Origin: an uncultured Eubacteriales bacterium
Lineage (GTDB): Bacteria; Bacillota; Clostridia; Oscillospirales; CAG-272
Assembly (NCBI GenBank): GCA_934503195.1
Contig: CAKSVM010000002.1
Coordinates: 850 to 64,849 of the forward strand
Direction of reading: 5' to 3'
Length of the DNA: 64,000 bases
The translations under genes and the position numbers were made by a program. The stretch's first letter is position 1. The number at the start of each line of letters is the position of its first letter. The notes under the pieces were generated by a model, which was not told the origin of the DNA, searched no databases, and saw nothing but the letters and a program-made list of their open reading frames with translations. This document shows positions 44,687 to 53,474 of the stretch, one piece after another.

Positions 44687-46252
44687 TCACCTTCGGTATT
44701 TTTTATCCCATTCCTGTTGCTTCGAACGAATATACAGCCAATACAGAATATTGCCTATTCCACAGGTTAGAAAGAAGAGTATGATATGTACCGCGTATTC
44801 GTTTTTCGGACGGGAAGGAATAGTCTCGCTCGGATAATAAACATAGTCATTCTCATCATCCCCCTCATCGGCGTCAGGCGGGACTTCCAGAATGTTTGCT
44901 CTGCTGTACACCTCACCGATCAGACTGCTGTTGTCTGATAAAGAAGCGGTTATCAGCAAGCCCGCATCATGTAATGATAAAACACGACCCTGAGCGGGCA
45001 TTGTTGCCATTACATTATCAAAAAGCTCCAGATATTTTTCAATGCTCATGTTTTCCGCGAGCAGATAAACTTTCAATTTGTCGATGGGAGCTTGATTTAT
45101 CAAGAGCCGATCATCAATGTCGAATTGCGTAGACACTACGTTGATCGAGTAATACAAGACCTCGCTTATTGCCCATATTGCGCAATCATACCGATTGTTT
45201 GCCCCGAAGAAGTCAGCCATACGTTGTTTGATATCCATGTGGATGAAATCATCGTGGTTCTCGTCACAAAGCGATAGACGACGGTTGAGTTCATTGAATA
45301 TTACTTCATCGGAAGACGCACCCGGATTCTGTGACATTAACTTCGACATGGTACACATAGAAATTCCGTATTGCGGCTTTGGATGGAATTTTCTTACCCA
45401 TGCGTTTGAGCTGATCTCGCTATCGCCCATTTCAGTCAGTTCGCCATTTTTTATGAATCCTCTGTTTTCGAGCGATTTGAGCAGAGCGGGAACGTCAGAC
45501 ACGCCATATGTACTTTGCCAGAATTTCGCGATTGGTTTTCCGGAATAATATTTTTTTGCGTATGTCAGCAAAAGTATCTCATGTGGATATAGTCCTGACG
45601 TACTCTTGCCGCATAGCTCCGTTTTGTAATAAAAATCCGTTGACGGACAGTATTGGCTGTACGTAGAAGGCGCGGTACGAGTGTTTGATGAGACGCCGGA
45701 GTTGCTTGAAGCGATGTCATTGCCATCGTCGGATTCAGCGATCTGCCGTAACTGATTTATGTAATCGAGATTGGTTTTATAAAGAGATTCGTAGTAATCT
45801 TCGACTGAATCGCAGAAATCCAATACTTTTTGCTTTCTTGTGGATTCCTGCTTATAGCTCTCAACAATATGTTTAATACCACGTGTTATAAAATTGTTGA
45901 TCGAGGTCTCTTGCTTTTCGTAGATCAATTTTACGGCTTTTGCTGGTGGAGTGCCACGGAATGAGACGTAGTGAGAGATGCTTTCGAGTTTGAGAAAATT
46001 CAAAAGCATAAGATTATATCGTTTGAAATAAACGTCAGGCGTACAGGTTGAATTGACTAGGTTCTTGCTTTCGTCACCGATTTTCAACCACTGCGGTGCC
46101 ATGAATTCGGCATACTCGCGGCGACCTTTGACTGAACGCTTTGATTCCATCATAGCGGTTTCTTTAATGTTTGCGCGATGTACATTAAATAAAGTCGAAT
46201 CGCAAGGGATATTGGTAGGTGCAGGCTCTTGAACTGATAGATAGTCTTTCAT
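44687..46252 (-). CDS. Orphan 521-aa protein with a single C-terminal TM helix, low-GC (prophage moron, function unknown)
   Basis: GAGGTGA RBS. GC of sampled 60-nt lines is about 35-43%, versus about 57% in flanking phage genes. C-terminal TM YAVHIILFFLTCGIGNILYWLYI followed by a basic tail. No motif I recognise. Confidence 0.8.
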   Translation of the reverse strand: MKDYLSVQEPAPTNIPCDSTLFNVHRANIKETAMMESKRSVKGRREYAEFMAPQWLKIGDESKNLVNSTCTPDVYFKRYNLMLLNFLKLESISHYVSFRGTPPAKAVKLIYEKQETSINNFITRGIKHIVESYKQESTRKQKVLDFCDSVEDYYESLYKTNLDYINQLRQIAESDDGNDIASSNSGVSSNTRTAPSTYSQYCPSTDFYYKTELCGKSTSGLYPHEILLLTYAKKYYSGKPIAKFWQSTYGVSDVPALLKSLENRGFIKNGELTEMGDSEISSNAWVRKFHPKPQYGISMCTMSKLMSQNPGASSDEVIFNELNRRLSLCDENHDDFIHMDIKQRMADFFGANNRYDCAIWAISEVLYYSINVVSTQFDIDDRLLINQAPIDKLKVYLLAENMSIEKYLELFDNVMATMPAQGRVLSLHDAGLLITASLSDNSSLIGEVYSRANILEVPPDADEGDDENDYVYYPSETIPSRPKNEYAVHIILFFLTCGIGNILYWLYIRSKQQEWDKKYRR

Positions 46253-46317
46253 AAAATAATATCACCTCAATTTTTCTTACTTTCAACCCACACTGTCATC
46301 ATAGACAGTGACATAAT

Positions 46318-46752
46318 TTATAGTCCTTCAACCCTGAGCCGCGCGATCTTCTCGTCAACCCCGAACATCTTGCCGAGCTGTTCATACGTGAAGTGTCTGT
46401 ACTCGTCAAGGTCATCATCGCTGATAAGCAGACAGGACGCGAAGTAAGTCGCTTCCTTTTCATATCGGCTGATCGGATACAAGGTATGATTCCGGAGAAA
46501 ATGCGTGTTGTTGTCCGGATGCAGAATGGCGTGTCCGAGTTCGTGGGCGCACACAAATCTCTGCTCCCCGCGCGTAAGCTGTGAGTTGATATGTATGAAT
46601 TTCTGCCTGTATGCTGTATTATAGAATCCGTTTATCTGATATAGCGGCTCAAAGGTGACGATGATTCCGAGTGAGCGCGCTATACAGCACGGGTCACGGC
46701 TGTATTCGTCAGCGAGCTTCGCGGCGATGCCGGAGATTGCATCAGCCTTCAT
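46318..46752 (-). CDS. ImmA/IrrE family metallopeptidase
   Basis: HELGHAILH (HExxH) within a 144-aa protein. It overlaps the upstream XRE repressor gene by 11 nt, the classic ImmR/ImmA arrangement. Confidence 0.88.
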   Translation of the reverse strand: MKADAISGIAAKLADEYSRDPCCIARSLGIIVTFEPLYQINGFYNTAYRQKFIHINSQLTRGEQRFVCAHELGHAILHPDNNTHFLRNHTLYPISRYEKEATYFASCLLISDDDLDEYRHFTYEQLGKMFGVDEKIARLRVEGL

Positions 46753-47215
46753 TATTTGAATCCTTCCGGTATTTTTTCGGTGTGTATTTTTGCTTCGCGA
46801 TCAGCTTGCCCATTCTTATTGAGTTTTCGATAGACTTGATCAGCGCGTCGCGCGTCTCGTCGTCAAGTTCAAGCGGCTCGCCGTCGAACATTAACGCTTC
46901 TCCGGTCGAACCGAGGTCTTCGAGGACGGCGTTCAGTCGCTTTGAAATGTCGATCTCGTCCCGCTCTGTGATCGTCGGGGCAAAATCTCCTTCGCTCTGC
47001 GAGGGGGATTTTTTTGCTTTCGGCGTGTCTGTGCGTTCGAGAAGATAGTCGACCGTTACATTGAAATACTTGGCGATCGCCGAAAGTGTTTCGGTATCCG
47101 GGTCACGTCTCCCGCATTCATACGCGCTGAGTGTATTCTGCGCTATGTTCAGAATCTTGCCGAGTTCTGTCTGAGACAGCCCATGTTGCTTTCTTAATTC
47201 TTTAATCCTTTCCAT
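46742..47215 (-). CDS. XRE-family phage repressor (CI/ImmR-like)
   Basis: N-terminal HTH: LRKQHGLSQTELGKILNIAQNTLSAYECGRRDP. 157 aa. Divergent from the cro-like gene. Confidence 0.88.
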   Translation of the reverse strand: MERIKELRKQHGLSQTELGKILNIAQNTLSAYECGRRDPDTETLSAIAKYFNVTVDYLLERTDTPKAKKSPSQSEGDFAPTITERDEIDISKRLNAVLEDLGSTGEALMFDGEPLELDDETRDALIKSIENSIRMGKLIAKQKYTPKKYRKDSNNEG

Positions 47216-47228
47216 GACACAACTCCCT

Positions 47229-47257
47229 TTCTGTAATCATAATATCACAAATTGGGC
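47229..47257 (-). promoter_or_regulatory. Repressor (lysogenic) promoter
   Basis: The minus strand reads TTGACT, a 17-nt spacer ending TGA, then TATTAT. Confidence 0.65.
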
Positions 47258-47307
47258 TAAAAGTCAAGGGGACGAAAAAAATATTTTGAAAATATCTCAA
47301 AAAGGGC

Positions 47308-47336
47308 TTGACAAATAGCACGTAATGTGCTATAAT
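47308..47336 (+). promoter_or_regulatory. Early lytic promoter with an embedded palindromic operator
   Basis: TTGACA (47308-47313), 17-nt spacer, TATAAT (47331-47336). The spacer contains the palindrome TAGCAC-gtaat-GTGCTA. Confidence 0.7.
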
Positions 47337-47391
47337 CTTAATCAAGCAAGAGAAAATCTTGAAAATATCCGAAAAGGAGATAAAAAGCAAA

Positions 47392-47604
47392 ATGCGTAAC
47401 TGGCTTACAGCACTTCGCAAAGCTCGCGGAATGACGCAGGCGAAACTTGCCAAAGCCGCCGGGATTTCGCAGAACTACCTCAGCGCGATTGAAGTCGGGC
47501 AACGGAATGTTCCGGTTTCAACAGCGAAGCGGATCGCGTCCGCGCTCGGCTTCGAGTGGCAGAGATTTTATGAAGACGAAAACGAAAAGGAGACAGCAAA
47601 ATGA
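47392..47604 (+). CDS. XRE-family Cro-like regulator
   Basis: MRNWLTALRKARGMTQAKLAKAAGISQNYLSAIEVGQRN HTH. AAAGGAG RBS. The ATG at 47392 is preferred over the TTG at 47359. Confidence 0.85.
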   Translation: MRNWLTALRKARGMTQAKLAKAAGISQNYLSAIEVGQRNVPVSTAKRIASALGFEWQRFYEDENEKETAK

Positions 47605-47933
47605 CCGAAACAATCATCCGGGTTTACACCGGAATCATCAAGACAATCAGAAAGCCCGACTGGAAAACCAGACAGACCGGCTACTACGAACTCGCCTACA
47701 AGGAGTTCGACGCGGAGACCGGCGAGCTGATCGGCGAAGGGACAGAGGACTTCACCGGCGAAAGAATGTGCGAGGAACTCAGGCAGTATGAAATCCTGCT
47801 CCGCGACGACGTGAGGAACGGCATAGACGAGCCTCACAGGTGGATATACGTTAGTAAGAATCAGGTCTACCCCGCAATCGCGGCTCGGTTCGTGTACGGC
47901 GAAGAAGTTTTAAGAGTCAAAAGAATACATTAA
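47601..47933 (+). CDS. Phage hypothetical protein
   Basis: 110-aa ORF with a 4-nt overlap to the cro-like gene and protein-like composition. Confidence 0.6.
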   Translation: MTETIIRVYTGIIKTIRKPDWKTRQTGYYELAYKEFDAETGELIGEGTEDFTGERMCEELRQYEILLRDDVRNGIDEPHRWIYVSKNQVYPAIAARFVYGEEVLRVKRIH

Positions 47934-47948
47934 GAGGAGATAAAGAAA

Positions 47949-48557
47949 ATGACCATCAAAGAATTCACCGAGCGCACGGGTTTCTACCCGACCTACGAGC
48001 ACTACAAGTTCATCGAGAAGTCCTATATGGACTTCGACGGCGACAAGGACGCCTTCTGCAAGGCGTTCCGCGAGAACACCGACGGCATCGCCGAGAAGAT
48101 CACCCGCGAAGTTGAACGCTTCGTTGAAGAGCAGACCGAACTCGGAATGCACGAACACGACGCGATGGAAGAGCGCATCGCGCGGCAGGCTGGCATCATA
48201 AACGATCTTCAGGCGCAGCTCGACGCCGAACTCGAATGGACGCCCTGCAAGGACGCCGGGACGCGGATGACTCAGCGCGACTACGTGAAGCTCAAAGAGG
48301 ACAGGTTCACGAAGACGATGACCGATGAGGAAGCCGCGAACTTCATCGCCGAGGAACTCGGGTTCAACGCCGAGAGGGTGCGGATCATCCGCAAGGCTGA
48401 GACCTACGAGGTCAACAAGCACCGCCGGATGAGAGTCGCCGAGACCTACGAGCGCGAGCCGCTGTACGAGTCGACCGATTGGAACTACGTCAGATTCGAT
48501 GTGTACGGCATGACGTACGAGTACGTCAACGGACAGCTCATGATGTACCAAAGATAA
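47949..48557 (+). CDS. Phage hypothetical protein
   Basis: 202-aa ORF with a GAGGAG RBS; E/D/K-rich helical protein. Confidence 0.65.
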   Translation: MTIKEFTERTGFYPTYEHYKFIEKSYMDFDGDKDAFCKAFRENTDGIAEKITREVERFVEEQTELGMHEHDAMEERIARQAGIINDLQAQLDAELEWTPCKDAGTRMTQRDYVKLKEDRFTKTMTDEEAANFIAEELGFNAERVRIIRKAETYEVNKHRRMRVAETYEREPLYESTDWNYVRFDVYGMTYEYVNGQLMMYQR

Positions 48558-48569
48558 GGAGGCAAAGAA

Positions 48570-48764
48570 ATGAAGAAGTACAAGGTCTATGACCTTTATG
48601 AAAGTAAGGAAACCTTGGGCTACGCCGACACGATGGATGAGGTAAAGCTCATGGCGAGAGATCAGGCGGAGGCTACTGACGGCGAGTGCCTCGTGGTCTG
48701 CGCGGAACTCAACCCCGACACGGGCAGGTATCGGTTCAGCGAATACAAAGAGGTCAAAATCTGA
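48570..48764 (+). CDS. Phage hypothetical protein
   Basis: 64-aa ORF with an AAGGAGG RBS. Confidence 0.6.
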   Translation: MKKYKVYDLYESKETLGYADTMDEVKLMARDQAEATDGECLVVCAELNPDTGRYRFSEYKEVKI

Positions 48765-48858
48765 TCGCAGAGTGAGGGAGCACCGAGTGCTCCTGTAATG
48801 CGGGAACGTCGGTCACAACCCCGACGAATCGCAGAATTTTCAAAAAGGAGAAACCACA

Positions 48859-49470
48859 ATGGAAAACGAAAACAAGATTCAGGTCTTCGAGAAAGAAGAA
48901 TTCGGCAAAGTCCGCACGCTCATGCGTGACGGCGAGCCGTGGGCAGTCGGCAAGGATGTAGCCGAAGCCCTCGGTTACAAGAACCCGCAGGAAGCGGTCA
49001 GAATGCACGTAGACCCCGAAGACAAAGGGGTGAGCAAAACTCTCACCCCTCGCGGAGAGCAGGACGTAACCCTCATCAACGAATCCGGCTTATACTCCCT
49101 CATCCTCTCATCAAAGCTCCCGAAGGCGAAGGAGTTCAAACGCTGGATAACCTCCGAGGTCCTGCCCGCGCTCCGCAAGACCGGACACTACGGCACGGCG
49201 AAAGCTCCCGACGCCGCCGGAACGGTCGCGCTGATCGAATCGCTCCGGAAGATCATGGAGTCACAGCGCAGTCACCCGGTCGAAATCGCCGAGATGGCGA
49301 AGTCGCTCTGCGAACAGGCAGGAATCGCGCTTCCCGAGAGCTTCATCTGCAACCGCTACTTCCCGACCGCCCCGCTCGGTCAGAGCAAACAGGACAAGCT
49401 CGACTACATCTTCGATTTCACGCACATGGATCGCTTCCAGTTCGAGGCGAAGTACAAGACAAAGGAGTGA
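48859..49470 (+). CDS. Bro-N domain antirepressor-like protein
   Basis: IQVFEKEEFGKVRTLMRDGEPWAVGKDVAEALGY...LINESGLYSLILSSKLPKAKEFKRWITSEVLP matches Bro-N. Confidence 0.8.
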   Translation: MENENKIQVFEKEEFGKVRTLMRDGEPWAVGKDVAEALGYKNPQEAVRMHVDPEDKGVSKTLTPRGEQDVTLINESGLYSLILSSKLPKAKEFKRWITSEVLPALRKTGHYGTAKAPDAAGTVALIESLRKIMESQRSHPVEIAEMAKSLCEQAGIALPESFICNRYFPTAPLGQSKQDKLDYIFDFTHMDRFQFEAKYKTKE

Positions 49471-49474
49471 TAAG

Positions 49475-49792
49475 ATGATCAACGTCCCGACTATAACGAG
49501 CGTCGAAGCCGCGCTCGACACCTTCTACAAGTTCCCTCAGCTCGGGAATAAGGAAATAAAGCTGATCTTCGGGCAGATCGGCTCGGCGAAGATATGTGAG
49601 CTGAAAGTCCTCGCCCGCGAGAAGATGAAGGAGCAGAATCAGCCGCTCTGGAACAACAAGACAGTAAACACCGACAGCGCGTATCAGGCGTGGGGACTCG
49701 ACGTCGCCGACCTCGAACGCCGATACGCGAGACTCAAACGAATGGAGAAGGCAAATGGAGAAGAACATTCCCGGACTGAAAAAGGCGTATAA
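49475..49792 (+). CDS. Phage hypothetical protein
   Basis: 105-aa ORF in the early operon. Confidence 0.55.
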   Translation: MINVPTITSVEAALDTFYKFPQLGNKEIKLIFGQIGSAKICELKVLAREKMKEQNQPLWNNKTVNTDSAYQAWGLDVADLERRYARLKRMEKANGEEHSRTEKGV

Positions 49793-50012
49793 CGCCCATC
49801 TTTCGCGGCTCCGGGCGAACAGACCGTCGAAGGACGAAGCGACCCGCGACCTCATGTACTGGTCGGCGAAGTACCTCGAAGCGGTTCTGGACGGCGTGAG
49901 CTTCGACCCCGCTTCCGGACTGTACGGAGGGATCCTCGAAGCCTACGCCCGCCGTGAAGCGTTAAAACAGTATCTGGAGGAGGTGAAAGCAGATGCAGAC
50001 CGTACCATATGA
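49755..50012 (+). CDS. Phage hypothetical protein
   Basis: 85-aa ORF overlapping its neighbours, as is typical of phage early genes. Confidence 0.5.
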   Translation: MEKNIPGLKKAYNAHLSRLRANRPSKDEATRDLMYWSAKYLEAVLDGVSFDPASGLYGGILEAYARREALKQYLEEVKADADRTI

Positions 50013-50253
50013 GAAGACGCACGCGATCCAGAGCGACATCATCAAAAAGCAGGAGCGCGAGATCAACGCTCTGCGCGAGTCGAACAGGATCCTCGAAGCG
50101 ACCGCGCAGACGCTCGCGGAAGCCCTTTCGCAGGCTCTGAGCCGCGAAGGACGCGACCGGGTGTTCGTACCCGTCAAGGAGATAAAGCCGTCCGGCGCGT
50201 CGTTCAGAGTCGAGCAGACCATCGACGGCGATGTTCTTCTCATCCGCGCATGA
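49993..50253 (+). CDS. Phage hypothetical protein
   Basis: 86-aa ORF with a predicted coiled-coil-like N-terminus. Confidence 0.5.
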   Translation: MQTVPYEKTHAIQSDIIKKQEREINALRESNRILEATAQTLAEALSQALSREGRDRVFVPVKEIKPSGASFRVEQTIDGDVLLIRA

Positions 50254-50332
50254 GAAAAGCCCGCGCGGAATGGCAGTTCCGACGGCGGGCAGATAAAAGT
50301 ATCCACCAATATTATATCACAAAGAAAGGTAA

Positions 50333-51607
50333 ATGTCAATGAAAATCAGCAAACTTGAAATCGAAAACGTGAAGCGCGTCAAGGCGGTCAGCATCGAGCC
50401 GACGCAAAACGGCTTAACCGTCATCGGCGGCAGGAACAATCAGGGCAAGACGTCCGTCCTCGATTCCATCGCGTGGGCTTTGGGCGGGGACAAGTTCAAG
50501 CCGACTTCGGCAAGACGCGACGGTTCGGTCGTACCGCCCTTCCTGCACGTCGAGATGGATAACGGACTCGTTGTCGAACGCAAGGGCGAAAACAGCGCGC
50601 TTAAGGTCATCGACCCGGCGGGACGGAAGGGCGGACAGCAGCTCTTAAACGAGTTCGTCGAGACCTTCGCGCTCGACCTGCCCCGCTTCATGGAGCAGAC
50701 CTCGAAGGAAAAAGCGAACGTCCTTCTGCGGATCATCGGAGTTGAAGAGCAGTTAAAGAAGCTCGACTACGACGAGTCGACGACCTTCAACCGGAGGCGC
50801 GAGGTCGGCAGAATCGCGCTTCAGAAGCAAAAGTACGCCGAGGAGCTGCCGCTCTACCCCGACGTTCCGAAGGAGCCGATCTCGGCGTCCGAACTCATCC
50901 TTCGCCAGCAGGACATACTCGCGAAGAACGGCGAGAATCAGCGTCTCAGAAGCGAATACGCGAGCATGGTCAAGCGTCACGACGAACTGCTCGAAAAGCT
51001 CAGAGCGACGCAGGCTGAGTTCGACGAGCTGACCGCGAAGATTGCGATCTCGACGAAGACGGTGGAGGAGCTTGTCGACGAGAGCACCGACGAGATCCGC
51101 GAAAGTCTTCTGAACATCGAGAAGATCAACACGAAAGTTCGCGCGAACGGCGAGCGTGAACGCGCCGAGATCGAAGCCGAACAGTACAAGAAGGACTACG
51201 ACGCGCTGACGGCTGAAATCGAAGACCTGCGCGCCGCCCGGACGAAGCTGCTCGACAACGCCGATCTCCCGCTCCCCGGCTTGTCGGTCGTCGACGGCGA
51301 GCTGACTTACAACGGTGTTAAGTGGGACTGCATGTCCGGCTCAGATCAGCTTAAGACAGCTACGGCGATTGTAAGACGCCTGAATCCGAAGTGCGGATTC
51401 GTCCTGCTCGACAAGCTCGAACAGATGGACATTGACACGCTCCGTGAGTTCGGACAGTGGCTCGAATCCGAGGGCTTGCAGGCGATCGCGACCAGAGTTT
51501 CGACCGGGGATGAATGCTCGATCATCATCGAAGACGGCACGGCAGTTGCCGAAAAATCCTCGGCAACTCCGAAGAATGAAATCAAATGGAAGGCAGGGGA
51601 ATTTTAA
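50333..51607 (+). CDS. SMC/SbcC-like AAA ATPase (phage recombination/replication module)
   Basis: N-terminal Walker A (GGRNNQGKTSVLDSIAWALGG), a long central coiled coil, and a C-terminal Walker B-like FVLLDKLEQMD. Confidence 0.75.
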   Translation: MSMKISKLEIENVKRVKAVSIEPTQNGLTVIGGRNNQGKTSVLDSIAWALGGDKFKPTSARRDGSVVPPFLHVEMDNGLVVERKGENSALKVIDPAGRKGGQQLLNEFVETFALDLPRFMEQTSKEKANVLLRIIGVEEQLKKLDYDESTTFNRRREVGRIALQKQKYAEELPLYPDVPKEPISASELILRQQDILAKNGENQRLRSEYASMVKRHDELLEKLRATQAEFDELTAKIAISTKTVEELVDESTDEIRESLLNIEKINTKVRANGERERAEIEAEQYKKDYDALTAEIEDLRAARTKLLDNADLPLPGLSVVDGELTYNGVKWDCMSGSDQLKTATAIVRRLNPKCGFVLLDKLEQMDIDTLREFGQWLESEGLQAIATRVSTGDECSIIIEDGTAVAEKSSATPKNEIKWKAGEF

Positions 51608-52677
51608 TGAACATCACAAAAGGCAAAATCAAGTCGCCGCTCAAGGTCGTTCTGTACGGCACGGAGGGAATCGGAAAAAGCACGTTCGCGTCGCGCTTCC
51701 CGGATCCGCTCTTCATCGACACTGAGGACAGCACGAAGAATCTCGACGTCGCCCGCTTTGACAAGCCGACATCATGGTCGATGCTGATGCAGCAGATCAA
51801 GTACACAAAGGATAACCCGGACATATGCAAAACGCTTGTCATCGACACCGCCGACTGGGCTGAACAGCTTGAAATCGAGGACCTCTGCGCCCGCAGGAAG
51901 TGGTCGGGAATCGAGGACGCCGGATACGGTCGCGGCTACCAGTACAGCGCGGAGGAGTTCGGCAAGATGCTGAACGCGCTGAATGAGGTCATCGCGGTCG
52001 GAATCAACGTCGTCGTCACGGCTCACGCCTGCCTGCGCAAGGTCGAGCTTCCCGAGGAGATGGGCTCGTTCGACCATTGGGAGATGAAGACCTCGAAGAA
52101 GGTCGCGCCGATGCTCCGCGAATGGGCGGACATGGTGCTCTTCGCGAACTACGAGACAATCGTCGTCACGACCGACAGCAAGAAGAACAAGGCTCAGGGT
52201 TCGCGCCGAGTCATGTACACCGAGCATCACGCCTGCTGGGACGCGAAGAACCGCGCCGGACTCGCGCCGAAACTCCCGTTCGACTACAATGAGATCGCGG
52301 CGGTCATCGAGGGCAACGCCGCTCAGATTCCGGTTCAGAGTCAGATTCAGACGCAGAGTCAGGTTCCGGTTCAGACCGCGGCGGCCGCTCAGATTCAGAC
52401 TCCGCCCCCCGCTCAGGCTCCGGCCGATCCGCTCGATGAGCTGACCGAAGCCGTTGCCGAGGAGAATTCCGCCGTCTCGCCTGAACACAAGAAGCTCGCC
52501 GATCTGATGGCCGCGAACAACATTTCGGCCGATGAGATCCGCGCGATCGTCGCGAAGAAGGGCTACTATCCCTTCGAAACCCCGCTCGAAAATTACGATC
52601 CGGCCTTCGTCGGCGGAGTCCTCGTAGGGGCTTGGAATCAGGTCTATGAAGCGATAATGACAAATATCAGCAGATAA
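51607..52677 (+). CDS. AAA_24/Sak4-like RecA-fold ATPase
   Basis: KVVLYGTEGIGKSTFASRFPDPLFIDTEDS is typical of the Sak4 family. TAATG overlap with the upstream gene. Q/P-rich linker. Confidence 0.8.
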   Translation: MNITKGKIKSPLKVVLYGTEGIGKSTFASRFPDPLFIDTEDSTKNLDVARFDKPTSWSMLMQQIKYTKDNPDICKTLVIDTADWAEQLEIEDLCARRKWSGIEDAGYGRGYQYSAEEFGKMLNALNEVIAVGINVVVTAHACLRKVELPEEMGSFDHWEMKTSKKVAPMLREWADMVLFANYETIVVTTDSKKNKAQGSRRVMYTEHHACWDAKNRAGLAPKLPFDYNEIAAVIEGNAAQIPVQSQIQTQSQVPVQTAAAAQIQTPPPAQAPADPLDELTEAVAEENSAVSPEHKKLADLMAANNISADEIRAIVAKKGYYPFETPLENYDPAFVGGVLVGAWNQVYEAIMTNISR

Positions 52678-52808
52678 TTCTTCCGAAATTTGTTAAAAAA
52701 GCTGACGTGTTCTGACGCGTTGTGGCGTGCGGTGACGCGTTCAGTTATGGTAGAATAATTACACTGGTTCAGAAAACCAGAACAATAATTTACAGGAGGT
52801 ACATTCAG

Positions 52809-53474
52809 ATGTACGAAAATACGACACAGGGATATGAACTCGCGTGGGACGGCGTGATCGAAAAGGACGCGCCCGACTTCATCCTCCTCCGCGACGGCGA
52901 TTACGACTTCGAGATCACGAACTTCGAGCGTCAGCGTCATCCCGGCTCGAACGGCGGTAAGCTTCCGCCCTGCCCGAAGGCGGTCATCACCCTGCGCGTC
53001 GAGGGCGTCGACAAGGACGGCAACCCCGGCGTCGCGACGATAACTCACAACCTCTTCCTGCACTCCTCGTGCGAAGGACTGCTCTCGGCGTTCTTCACCG
53101 GAATCGGCAGGAAACGCAAGGGTGAGCGTCTCAATATGGACTGGTCGAACCTCATCGGAGTCCGCGGCTACGCGCATATCGGCGTGCGCGAATGGACTGG
53201 ACGCGACGGCGAGCCGAAGTTCTCGAACGAGGTGAAACGCTTCTACGCTCCCGAGGAAGCCGCGCTCAGAAGAGCGAAGAACGGCGTCGCTGCGACTATG
53301 AGTCGGAGTCAGAATCCGGTTCAGCCGAAGCAGTCGTTCCACGTCTCGGGACAGGCTCAGCCGACCTTCACGACGCTTGAAAACGCCGACGATCTGCCCT
53401 TCGGAACGCTCGCCGAACAGCAGGCAAAGCCGACTCAGGGCAGACAGATGAGCTTCACGCCGGGTAACTTCTGA
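52809..53474 (+). CDS. DUF669-like phage protein (usual Sak4 partner, possible SSB-like)
   Basis: Start MYENTTQGYELAWDG after an AGGAGG RBS. Its position directly after the AAA_24 gene matches the common module order. Confidence 0.6.
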   Translation: MYENTTQGYELAWDGVIEKDAPDFILLRDGDYDFEITNFERQRHPGSNGGKLPPCPKAVITLRVEGVDKDGNPGVATITHNLFLHSSCEGLLSAFFTGIGRKRKGERLNMDWSNLIGVRGYAHIGVREWTGRDGEPKFSNEVKRFYAPEEAALRRAKNGVAATMSRSQNPVQPKQSFHVSGQAQPTFTTLENADDLPFGTLAEQQAKPTQGRQMSFTPGNF

